Origin: Candidatus Eiseniibacteriota bacterium
GTDB lineage: Bacteria > Eisenbacteria > RBG-16-71-46
Assembly: GCA_963725865.1 (NCBI GenBank)
Contig: CAVSAC010000014.1
Location: 1,647,200 to 1,711,199, forward strand
DNA: 64,000 nt
Direction: 5' to 3'
Below the pieces are notes generated by a model. It saw only the letters and a program-made list of their open reading frames with translations. It made no database searches and was not told the origin of the DNA. Numbering within the stretch: the stretch's first letter is position 1; each line of letters opens with the position of its first letter. Both the position numbers and the translations under genes were made by a program. Of this stretch, positions 35,002 to 43,798 are shown one piece after another.

Positions 35002-35834
35002 TGCCGCTTCCCTTGCCGTTCGGCTTCGACACCGACGACCTGATCGCGGTCCGCGGCGTGCGCTACCTGCGCCGTCGCTTCCTCGGTTTCGTGGCCGAGG
35101 TCGGTCGCATCGCGATGCTGATGCGCGACGTCGTTCGCTTCGCGGGGCCGGGGGTGCGCTCGTTCCGGCTGGTGGTCGCGCAGATGCACGCGATCGGCGT
35201 GGGCTCGCTGGGACTGGTGTTCGTGGTGAGCCTGTTCACCGGCGCGGTCGCGGCGGTGCAGGCGGCGTATCAGTTCTCGACCGTGGTGCCACTCAAGTAC
35301 ATCGGCGCGGTGATCCTGCGCTCGGTCATCATCGAGCTGGGGCCGGTGCTGACCGGTCTGGTGGTCGGCGGGCGGGTGGGGGCCGCGATGGCGGCCGAGC
35401 TGGGCACCATGAAGGTCACCGAGCAGCTCGATGCGCTCCGCGCGATGGCGATCCACCCGGTGCGCTTCCTGGTGGTGCCGCGCGTGGTGGCGGCGCTGGT
35501 GATGCTGCCGGTCATCACGGTGTTCGCGAACGCGATCGCGATCTTCGGCGGCTACGCGGTGTCGGTCGCCTCGATCGGCGTCAGCACGCACACCTACGTG
35601 ATCGGGCTCAAGCAGTTCTTCTACCTCAAGGACCTGTGGTCGGGGCTCATCAAGGCGATGTGCTTCGGCGCGATCATCAGCTCGATGGGCTGCTACTACG
35701 GCTTCGCGACCGAGGGGGGCGCCGAGGGCGTCGGGGTGGCGACGATGCGCGCGGTGGTGGCGTCCTGCGTGCTCATCCTGATCTCCGACTACGTGCTCGC
35801 GAACGTCCTGTTCCGGCTGATCTTCGCGGCATGA
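35001..35834 (+). CDS. mlaE: MlaE family ABC permease
   Basis: ELGPVLTGLVVGGRVGAAMAAELGTMKVTEQLDALRAM. Confidence 0.9.
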   Translation: MPLPLPFGFDTDDLIAVRGVRYLRRRFLGFVAEVGRIAMLMRDVVRFAGPGVRSFRLVVAQMHAIGVGSLGLVFVVSLFTGAVAAVQAAYQFSTVVPLKYIGAVILRSVIIELGPVLTGLVVGGRVGAAMAAELGTMKVTEQLDALRAMAIHPVRFLVVPRVVAALVMLPVITVFANAIAIFGGYAVSVASIGVSTHTYVIGLKQFFYLKDLWSGLIKAMCFGAIISSMGCYYGFATEGGAEGVGVATMRAVVASCVLILISDYVLANVLFRLIFAA

Positions 35835-36577
35835 TCGCGATCCGCGGGCTCAAGAAGCGGCTCGGCCGCACCCAGGTGCTCGACGGCATCGACCTCGACG
35901 TGCAGCGGGGCGAGACGCTGGTGGTGCTGGGTCCGTCGGGCACCGGGAAGAGCGTGCTGCTCAAGCACGTGATCGGCCTGATGACGCCGGACGCCGGCTC
36001 GATCGTGATCGACGACCGCGAGATCGTCGGCCTCGACGAGCGCGGGCTCGACGAGGTCCGCAAGCACTTCGGCATGCTGTTCCAGGGCGCGGCGCTGTTC
36101 GACTCGATGTCGGTCGGCGAGAACGTGGGACTGGGGCTGCGCGAGCACACGCGGCTCGATGACGCCGAGATCCGCCGCCGCGTGGCGGAGCGGCTCGAGT
36201 GGGTGGGACTCAAGGGCGCCGAGGACATGCGGACCGCCTCGCTGTCGGGCGGCATGCGCAAGCGCGTGGGACTCGCGCGCGCGATCGCGATGGACCCGGC
36301 GTACCTGCTGTACGACGAGCCGACCACCGGCATCGACCCGATCATGTCGGACGTCATCAACCAGCTGATCCGCGAGCTGCAGAGCCGCCTGGGCGTGACC
36401 TCGATCGTGGTCACCCACGACATGCGAAGCGCCTATCATGTCGGCGACCGGCTCGCGATGCTGTACCAGGGGCGCCTGCAGTTCGTCGGGACCCCGGACC
36501 AGATGCGCGCCAGCGCCGATCCGCTGGTGCACCAGTTCATCGAAGGCTCGAGCGAAGGGCCCATCCAGCCGGTCTGA
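35831..36577 (+). CDS. mlaF: MlaF family ABC ATPase
   Basis: GPSGTGKS, FQGAALFDS, LSGGMRKRV, YDEPTTG. Confidence 0.9.
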   Translation: MIAIRGLKKRLGRTQVLDGIDLDVQRGETLVVLGPSGTGKSVLLKHVIGLMTPDAGSIVIDDREIVGLDERGLDEVRKHFGMLFQGAALFDSMSVGENVGLGLREHTRLDDAEIRRRVAERLEWVGLKGAEDMRTASLSGGMRKRVGLARAIAMDPAYLLYDEPTTGIDPIMSDVINQLIRELQSRLGVTSIVVTHDMRSAYHVGDRLAMLYQGRLQFVGTPDQMRASADPLVHQFIEGSSEGPIQPV

Positions 36578-36611
36578 ACGACGCGCGGCCGCACTGCGCG
36601 GGGAGAGACGA

Positions 36612-37505
36612 GTGAGTCGGAGAACCGAGATCCAGGTGGGCTTCACGGTGCTGGCGGCGGTCGCCCTGCTGCTGTGGGGCGTGACGTGGCTCAAGGATTT
36701 CTCGGTCGCGCGCCGCGTGCACGTGTGGACGGTGCGATTCCCGCGCACCGGCGGGCTGGGTCGCAGCGACGAGGTCCAGGTCAACGGCATCCGCAAGGGC
36801 GCGGTGGAGGACATGGCGCTCGAAGGCGACCACGTGGTGGTCCGGCTGGCGCTCGCTCAGGACGTGGTGATCACCGACGACTGCAAGGTCGCGATCCGCA
36901 ACGTGGGCCTGATGGGCGAGAAGGTCATCGCGGTCGACCTGCACACCACCGGGCGCGCCTACACCGACCGCGACACCATCGTGGGGGAGTACGAGCTCGG
37001 GATCCCCGAGGTGATCGCGCAGCTCGGCGGCTCGCTCGACACGATCACCCAGCTGGCGGACCACCTGCACGCCATCTCGGAGGCGCTCGCCAGGAGCGGC
37101 GATCTGCAGAAGAGCGTGCACAACTTCTCGGTCGCCAGCGAGGATCTGCAGAAGGCGGTGGCCGAGAACCGGGTCGCGCTGCGCACCACCTTCGCGAACT
37201 TCCAGGACGCCTCGCGCACCGCGAAGTCGCTGACCACCGACCGCGAGGCGCAGCTGCGCACGGCGATCGACGACTTCGCGCAGGCGGCCGACCGGCTCAA
37301 CGCGCTCGCGATGCGCACCGACTCGCTGCGTGCGTCGCTCGCGCGCGTGACCGGCAAGGTCGACCGCGGCGAGGGCACGCTCGGCAAGCTGGTGAACGAT
37401 CAGAAGCTCTACGACGATCTCAACACCTCGGTGCAGTCGTTGCGCGCGCTGGTCGACGACATCAAGAAGAACCCGAAGAAGTACATCCACCTGAGCGTCT
37501 TCTAG
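36612..37505 (+). CDS. mlaD: MlaD/MCE family protein
   Basis: N-terminal TM helix, GGL..VQVNGI.KG.V, GLMGEKVI, GTLGKLVND..LY. Confidence 0.85.
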   Translation: MSRRTEIQVGFTVLAAVALLLWGVTWLKDFSVARRVHVWTVRFPRTGGLGRSDEVQVNGIRKGAVEDMALEGDHVVVRLALAQDVVITDDCKVAIRNVGLMGEKVIAVDLHTTGRAYTDRDTIVGEYELGIPEVIAQLGGSLDTITQLADHLHAISEALARSGDLQKSVHNFSVASEDLQKAVAENRVALRTTFANFQDASRTAKSLTTDREAQLRTAIDDFAQAADRLNALAMRTDSLRASLARVTGKVDRGEGTLGKLVNDQKLYDDLNTSVQSLRALVDDIKKNPKKYIHLSVF

Positions 37506-37606
37506 GCGCGCCCCCCCCCGCACCCGGTGCGAGGGCGTCGCACGGACTCGGCGGCGGAGTCCGTCCGGTCGCGCACGGGCAGGCCCTCGACCTCGGAGGA
37601 GTGAGC

Positions 37607-38005
37607 ATGGAGCCATCCACCTGCCGGGTGATCCCGGCGGGCGACGCGTACCAGGGTCGCCAGGGGCTCACGTACCTCGCGGGGCTCACCGGTGCGACGG
37701 TCGGATCGCGCGCGATCTGCATGACGCTCGTCACGCTTCCGGATGGCGCGCGCGCGAAGACGCACCTCCACCGGGGGATCGAGACCGCGGTCTACGTGAT
37801 CGAGGGCGAGACCGAGATGCATTTCGGCCCGCGACTCGGGGAGCGGCTGGTGGGGCGGGCCGGCGAGTACATCTACATCCCCGCCGACATGCCGCACCTG
37901 GTGATCAACCGCTCGGGTGCCGTTTGCCGGGCCGTCGTCGCGCATACCGCGTCCGACGACCAGACCGGGATCGTGCTGCTGCCCGACCTCGACCCGCTCG
38001 TCTGA
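37607..38005 (+). CDS. Cupin domain protein
   Basis: HLHRGIETAVYVIEG and YIPADMPH cupin motifs. Confidence 0.85.
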   Translation: MEPSTCRVIPAGDAYQGRQGLTYLAGLTGATVGSRAICMTLVTLPDGARAKTHLHRGIETAVYVIEGETEMHFGPRLGERLVGRAGEYIYIPADMPHLVINRSGAVCRAVVAHTASDDQTGIVLLPDLDPLV

Positions 38006-38117
38006 GCCGCGTTCAGCCGCCCCGGTGGGCGGCCGCGCCGCATTGTGGCAGGATGCCCCCTCGCGCGACGGGCTGGCGCCCGCGCGGCCCCGCAACCCGC
38101 TCCCGCCCGGAGTGTCC

Positions 38118-39593
38118 ATGGTCAAGGCGTCCAAGACCGCGAAGGCCCACTTCTTCTGCAGCGCGTGCGGCAACGAGGAGGCGCGCTGGTTCGGGCGCTG
38201 CCCATCGTGCGGGGCGTGGAACACCGCCGCGGAGGCGCCGGTCGCGGGTGGCACCGCCGCCACCGCGCGGCCCGGCAAGCCCACGCGCGCGCGCTGGGCG
38301 CCGCCCTCCGTCACCGCCGCTGGTCCGCGCCGGCTCGCCGACATCGAGTCGATCGACGCGCAGCGCGCGGCCACCGGCATGCGTGAGCTGGACCGGGTGC
38401 TGGGCGGCGGCATCGTCCCCGGCTCGCTGGTGCTGGTGGGCGGCGATCCCGGCATCGGCAAGAGCACGCTGATGCTGCAGCTCGCGAGCGCGCTCGCGCG
38501 CGAGGGCCGCCGCGTGCTCTACGTCACGGGCGAGGAGAGCGAAGCGCAGATCCGCATGCGGGGCGGGCGGCTCGGCGTGATCCCCGACGGGCTGCTGGTG
38601 CTGTGCGAGACCGACCTCGAGAGCCTGCTCGAGGCGGCGAATGCCGCCCAGCCCGACGCGCTGGTGGTGGACTCGATCCAGACCATGGCGCGCGCCGACC
38701 TCGACGGCGGCCCCGGCAGCGTGTCGCAGGTGCGCGAGTGCGGGCTCGCGCTGCTGCACTACGCCAAGGGCGCGCAGGTGCCGACGTTCCTGGTCGGCCA
38801 CGTCACCAAGGACGGCGCGGTCGCCGGCCCGCGCGTGCTCGAGCACATGGTGGACGCGGTGCTGTACCTGGAGGGCGAGCGCTACCAGCACTACCGCGTG
38901 CTGAGGGCCGCCAAGAACCGCTTCGGCTCCACTCACGAGCTGGGAGTGTTCGAGATGACCGACGCCGGCCTGCGCGAGGTCGCCAACCCGAGCGAGGCGT
39001 TCCTGTCGGAGTCGACGCGCAGCGCGCCCGGCATCGCGGTGGTGGCGAGCCTCGAGGGCTCGCGCCCGCTGCTGGTCGAGGTGCAGGCGCTGGTGTCGAC
39101 GTCGTTCTACGGCACGCCGCAGCGCGTCACCGCCGGATTCGACGCCCGCCGGCTCGCGGTGCTGCTCGCGGTGCTCGAGCGCCGCGTCGGCCTGCGGCTC
39201 GGCCGCCACGACGTGTTCGTGACCGTGACCGGGGGACTGACGCTCGACGAGCCGGGCTGCGACCTGGGCGTGGCGCTGGCGGTGGCGTCGTCGTTCCGCA
39301 GCCGGCCGGTCCTCGATCGCACGCTCGCGGTGGGCGAGGTGAGCCTCTCGGGCGAGCTGCGCCGCGTGTCGCGACTCGGCGCGCGCGTGCGCGAGGCGGC
39401 CCAGATCGGCTTCCACCGCGCCGGGGTGCCGCGGGTGCAGAGCGACGAGGCGAAGGACTGCGGACTCGAGATCGTCCCGCTGAGCACCGTGCGCGAGGCG
39501 ATCGAGACGCTGCTGGGCGACCGGGTCGGACCGGCGGCGCCGCGTGGCGGCGAGCCGGGGGAAGAGGCCGCGCTCGAACCCGAGCGCGGGTGA
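38118..39593 (+). CDS. radA: DNA repair protein RadA/Sms
   Basis: CSAC..CPSC zinc finger, GDPGIGKST, KNRFG, Lon-like C-terminus. Confidence 0.95.
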   Translation: MVKASKTAKAHFFCSACGNEEARWFGRCPSCGAWNTAAEAPVAGGTAATARPGKPTRARWAPPSVTAAGPRRLADIESIDAQRAATGMRELDRVLGGGIVPGSLVLVGGDPGIGKSTLMLQLASALAREGRRVLYVTGEESEAQIRMRGGRLGVIPDGLLVLCETDLESLLEAANAAQPDALVVDSIQTMARADLDGGPGSVSQVRECGLALLHYAKGAQVPTFLVGHVTKDGAVAGPRVLEHMVDAVLYLEGERYQHYRVLRAAKNRFGSTHELGVFEMTDAGLREVANPSEAFLSESTRSAPGIAVVASLEGSRPLLVEVQALVSTSFYGTPQRVTAGFDARRLAVLLAVLERRVGLRLGRHDVFVTVTGGLTLDEPGCDLGVALAVASSFRSRPVLDRTLAVGEVSLSGELRRVSRLGARVREAAQIGFHRAGVPRVQSDEAKDCGLEIVPLSTVREAIETLLGDRVGPAAPRGGEPGEEAALEPERG

Positions 39594-39674
39594 GGCATTC
39601 GAGAGCGTGATCCACGAGACCTGTCCGGAGCGTCCGGCGGGGGCGCTGGGGCGGGGACCTGAAAGGGCGTGACC

Positions 39675-40427
39675 ATGGACTGGAACGGACTGGCGACACG
39701 ATTGCGGGCGTCGTGTTCGCGCGAGATCGCGCGCGGCGACGGCTGGGTGTGCTACGCGCCCACCGGGGACGCGGTCGACGTGCGCGAGCTGATGGTGGAG
39801 TGCGCCACCGCCGAGGACTTCGACGACTGGACGCCCATGCACGGTGACCTGCGCGAGTCCGACGCGAGCCCCAGCGGCACCGCGGGCGCGCTGCACGACG
39901 AGTGGTCGGCGATCGAGGTGGTGGTGTGGGAGTGGGTGGGGCGCGCTTCGTCGTGGAGCGGATCGCTGTCGACGTTCGAGGCGAGCGACGGCCGCCACTA
40001 CGTCGCCCGCTTCCTCGACGGCGAACCCTATCTGGTGGTCGGCGCGATCACGCCCGCGCCCACGCGGGCTTCGTTCGTGGCGCTCTTCCGCCAGCTGATG
40101 AAGGACAACGGCGAGGAGTACGGCATCGACATGCTCGGCAGCCTGCCTGCCAGCACCGAGCTGCACCGACCCGACCTGCTGCCGCGCGAGGTGCTCACCG
40201 AGATCTACCGGGAGTGGGTGGAGAGCGCCGAGGCCGCGGGAACGCCGGCCTGGACGGACCTCGAGGAGCAGCTCGAGGACATGGAGCTCGACGAGGAGGA
40301 CGAGTTCGACGACGACGACGCCGAATCGGAATCCGAGGAGAGCGAGGGAGAGGAGCACGAGCGGCTCATCGAGGACTACGTCGCTTCGACCGTGTTGATC
40401 GTGGACCGTGACGAGGACGACGCGTGA
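39675..40427 (+). CDS. Hypothetical acidic protein
   Basis: Host-like codon usage; D/E-rich C-terminus; no recognised motif. Confidence 0.6.
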   Translation: MDWNGLATRLRASCSREIARGDGWVCYAPTGDAVDVRELMVECATAEDFDDWTPMHGDLRESDASPSGTAGALHDEWSAIEVVVWEWVGRASSWSGSLSTFEASDGRHYVARFLDGEPYLVVGAITPAPTRASFVALFRQLMKDNGEEYGIDMLGSLPASTELHRPDLLPREVLTEIYREWVESAEAAGTPAWTDLEEQLEDMELDEEDEFDDDDAESESEESEGEEHERLIEDYVASTVLIVDRDEDDA

Positions 40428-40437
40428 GGCCGTGGCG

Positions 40438-41109
40438 ATGAAGGTCGGTGCCATCCTGTTGTGCGCCGGTCGGGGCGAGCGACTCGGCGCGGGCGTGCCC
40501 AAGGCGCTGGCGCCGCTGGCTGGCCGCCCGCTGTTCACGTGGGGCCTCGACGCGCTCGAACGCACCGCGGCAGTCGACGCGATCGTCGTGGTGGGGCCGG
40601 TGCGATCCCTGCAGGAAGCGCTGTGGGCGAGCGGCATGCACGCGCCCAAGGTGTCGCAGTGGTGCGAAGGCGGCCGCGAGCGCCAGCACTCCGTCGGCCG
40701 CGGTCTGGCGGCGCTGCCGGAGGATTGCGATGTCGTGCTGGTGCACGACGCAGCGCGCGCGCTGGCGAGCCCCGCGCTGATCGGGCGGGTGATCGCCGAC
40801 GCGAAGACCCACGGCGCCGCGATCGCCGCGGTGCCACTCGACGACACGCTCAAGCGCGCCTCGCTCGACGTGATCGAGGACACCGTGCCGCGCGCGGGGC
40901 TGTGGCGGGCCCAGACCCCGCAGGCCTTCCTGCGCGCGTGGCTCGTGGAGGCGCACGCGCAGGCGGGCGCCGTGGCGACCGACGACGCCGCGCTGGTCGA
41001 GGCGCTCGGCAAGCGGGTGCGGCTGACGATGGGCGAGCCGTCCAATTTCAAGATCACCACCGCCGACGATCTGCGCCTGGCACAGGCGTGGTTGTCGACC
41101 CAGGCCTAG
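40438..41109 (+). CDS. ispD: 2-C-methyl-D-erythritol 4-phosphate cytidylyltransferase
   Basis: AGRGERLG..PK, VLVHDAAR, AQTPQAF, TDDA, NFKITT. Confidence 0.95.
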   Translation: MKVGAILLCAGRGERLGAGVPKALAPLAGRPLFTWGLDALERTAAVDAIVVVGPVRSLQEALWASGMHAPKVSQWCEGGRERQHSVGRGLAALPEDCDVVLVHDAARALASPALIGRVIADAKTHGAAIAAVPLDDTLKRASLDVIEDTVPRAGLWRAQTPQAFLRAWLVEAHAQAGAVATDDAALVEALGKRVRLTMGEPSNFKITTADDLRLAQAWLSTQA

Positions 41110-41117
41110 GAGGGCGC

Positions 41118-41600
41118 ATGCCGCTGCGGATCGGGATGGGTTACGACGTGCACCGGAAGGTCGACGGCCGCCCATGCGTGCTGGGCGGCGTGGCGTTCGA
41201 GGGCGAGCGCGGGCTCGAGGGCTACAGCGATGCCGACGTCCTCGCCCACGCGATCGGCGACGCGCTGCTCGGCGCGGTCGCGCTCGGCGACCTCGGCAAG
41301 CACTTCCCGCCGGGCGATCCGCGCTGGAAGGACATCTCGAGCATGGAGCTGCTGCGGCTGATCAGCGCGCAGCTCGACGGGGTGGGCGCGCGGATCGTGA
41401 ACGTGGACACCACCGTGGTGGCGCAGTGGCCGCAGATCGCGCCCAAGCGCGACGTGATGCGCACCACCATCGCGCTGGCACTCAAGGTCGGCGTGGGGCA
41501 GGTGTCGGTGAAGGCGACCACCAACGAGGGGCTGGACGCGATCGGCCGCGACGAGGGCATCGCGGCGTGGGCGGTGGCGATGGTGGAGGCGAGGGAGTAG
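41118..41600 (+). CDS. ispF: 2-C-methyl-D-erythritol 2,4-cyclodiphosphate synthase
   Basis: RIGMGYDVH, SDADVLAHA, VSVKATTNE. Confidence 0.95.
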   Translation: MPLRIGMGYDVHRKVDGRPCVLGGVAFEGERGLEGYSDADVLAHAIGDALLGAVALGDLGKHFPPGDPRWKDISSMELLRLISAQLDGVGARIVNVDTTVVAQWPQIAPKRDVMRTTIALALKVGVGQVSVKATTNEGLDAIGRDEGIAAWAVAMVEARE

Positions 41601-41631
41601 CCGCCGCGGCCGGCGACGTCGATCCCGCCCG

Positions 41632-43551
41632 CTACGGCTGCGGCAGCACGCGCACGGTCAGCCGGCTCGCGTGCGCCTTCGAGCGCAGCACGCGCTGCGT
41701 CGCGGCGACGAAGTCCGAGTCCTGCGCCTCGAAGATGTTCGGCACGAAGGTCTGCGGGTTGCGGTCGATGAACGGGAACCAGCTGCTCTGGATCTGGATC
41801 ATCACGCGGTGCCCGCGCTCGAACGTGTGACAGACGTCGTTGATTCGGAATGCGACCCGCGCGGGCTCGCCGGGCGTGAACGACCGCGGATGCTCGTAGG
41901 AGTCGCGGAACCGGCCGCGGAAGGGCTCGCCGCGCACCAGCATCTGACGGCCGCCGGGGTAGCGCGCCTTGTCCTCGCGCTCGAGCCCGGGCAGCGTGCC
42001 GGGATACTCGTCGATCAGCTTGACCACGAAGTCGGCGTCGGTGCCGGTGGTGGTCACCCACAGCTCGGCCTCCAGCGGCCCCGCGAGCGTCAGGTCCTCC
42101 GCGAGCGGCGCGCTGCGGTAGACGAGCACATCGGGCCGGCGCGCGGCGAAGCGCTGATCCTCGGTCATGTACTCCTTCGACCAGCCGGGCTCGATCGTCT
42201 GCGTGTAGGGCACCGGCTTCGCCGGATCGCTGACGTACGCGTCGCCCTCGTCCGCTTCCGAGGCGGGGGCGCTCCACGCGAGCGTCCCGCCCTCGCGCAG
42301 GTAGAGACTGCGCGTCTCGACGCCGGGCGGCGGCCACGACTCGAAGCGCCGCCAGCGGTTCGCGCCGGTCTCGAACACCAGCGCTTCGGGCAGGTCGGCG
42401 ACGCCCGCGCCCTTCAGGTGCTCGCGGAAGAACGGCAGCGCGACGTGTTCCTGGTACCAGGTCGACGTGGGGAAGCCGAACTTCGCCGTGCCGAGCGAGT
42501 CGCCGGTGTCGCGGACCCACTGGCCGTGGGACCAGGGGCCCATCACGAGCTGGTTCGACAGCCGCGGGTTCTGCCGCTCCAGCGCGTCGTACGTGTGGAG
42601 CGCGCCGTAGAGGTCCTCGGTGTCGAACCAGCCGCCGACGGTCAGCACCGCGCAGCGCACGTTTCTCAGGTGCGGGAGCGTGTTGCGCGTCTGCCAGAAC
42701 GCGTCGTAGTCCGGGTGCGCGGCGATCTGCTTCCAGAACGGCACCTTGTCCTTCAGGTAGCGCGCGTTCGCGTTGGCGAGCGGGCCCATGTCGAGCAGGA
42801 ACTGGTAGGTGTCCGGAGTCTTGAGGTCGATGCGCGGCACGTTCTCGACCGTCAGGCTGTCGCGCGGGACGCCGAAGCTCGAGAAGAACAGGAACGCGAG
42901 CGTGACGTTGAACGTGCCGTGACGGTGCATGTCGTCCCAGAACCAGTCGGCGATCGGCGCCTGCGGAGAGGCGGCGACCAGCGCGGGATGCGTGTCGATG
43001 ATGCCCTCGGCCGTGTAGAAGCCTCCATACGAGAGCCCCCACAGGCCGACCCGGCCGTTGTTGAACGCGACGTGCTTCACGAGCCAGTCGATGGTGTCGT
43101 ACGCGTCGCTGCTCTCGTCGACCTGGGCGCCGTGCTTGGCGTCGATGTGCGGGCGCATGTCGACGAACTCGCCCTCGGACATGGAGCGACCGCGCACGTC
43201 CTGCCAGACGAAGATGAAGCCGTCCTGCTCGAAACCCTCCGCGGGGCCGATCGCGGTGCGGTAGCGGTCGGCGCCGTACGGGGCCACCGAGTAGGGCGTA
43301 CGCGTCATGAGGATCGGGTAGCGCTTCGCGGGGGAGGCGTCGTTCGGCACGTACACCGACGTGAACAGGCGTGCGCCGTCGCGCATCGGGATGCGGAACT
43401 CATACTTCGCGTAGTGTGCGCGGATGGCGGCCGCGCGCTTCTCCGCGGCCTCGTCGGCGCGGGCCGGGGACGGCACGGCGAGACCCACGAGCGCCGCGAT
43501 CGCGAGCGCCATGAGGACGAGCCGTGCGGGTCCCGGCGTGCGGGTCGGCAT
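41632..43551 (-). CDS. CocE/NonD family hydrolase (alpha-amino acid ester hydrolase / glutaryl-7-ACA acylase-like)
   Basis: IPMRDG, RTPYS, QDVRGR, GLSYGG nucleophile elbow, GGWFDTED, GPWSHG. Confidence 0.9.
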   Translation of the reverse strand: MPTRTPGPARLVLMALAIAALVGLAVPSPARADEAAEKRAAAIRAHYAKYEFRIPMRDGARLFTSVYVPNDASPAKRYPILMTRTPYSVAPYGADRYRTAIGPAEGFEQDGFIFVWQDVRGRSMSEGEFVDMRPHIDAKHGAQVDESSDAYDTIDWLVKHVAFNNGRVGLWGLSYGGFYTAEGIIDTHPALVAASPQAPIADWFWDDMHRHGTFNVTLAFLFFSSFGVPRDSLTVENVPRIDLKTPDTYQFLLDMGPLANANARYLKDKVPFWKQIAAHPDYDAFWQTRNTLPHLRNVRCAVLTVGGWFDTEDLYGALHTYDALERQNPRLSNQLVMGPWSHGQWVRDTGDSLGTAKFGFPTSTWYQEHVALPFFREHLKGAGVADLPEALVFETGANRWRRFESWPPPGVETRSLYLREGGTLAWSAPASEADEGDAYVSDPAKPVPYTQTIEPGWSKEYMTEDQRFAARRPDVLVYRSAPLAEDLTLAGPLEAELWVTTTGTDADFVVKLIDEYPGTLPGLEREDKARYPGGRQMLVRGEPFRGRFRDSYEHPRSFTPGEPARVAFRINDVCHTFERGHRVMIQIQSSWFPFIDRNPQTFVPNIFEAQDSDFVAATQRVLRSKAHASRLTVRVLPQP

Positions 43552-43798
43552 CGTGAGCTCCTGGGGGTGCGATGCGCATCGCGCGTCGCGAGTGGGGGAC
43601 GGGGCAACCAGCATCGCGCCAGACCTTAGGCCATCACGTCGTCCGAGGGAACGCTCCGCATAAGCCGGGCCGCCGCCCCTCCACCGCCGCCCACCGCGCC
43701 TCGAAGTGAAACGAGGGCTGCCCCCCGTCCCAGCCGCGGCTCGTCGCCGCGGTGGGAGCGAGGGGCAGTGCCTACGCCCGCATCGGGGGTGAGCGGGG

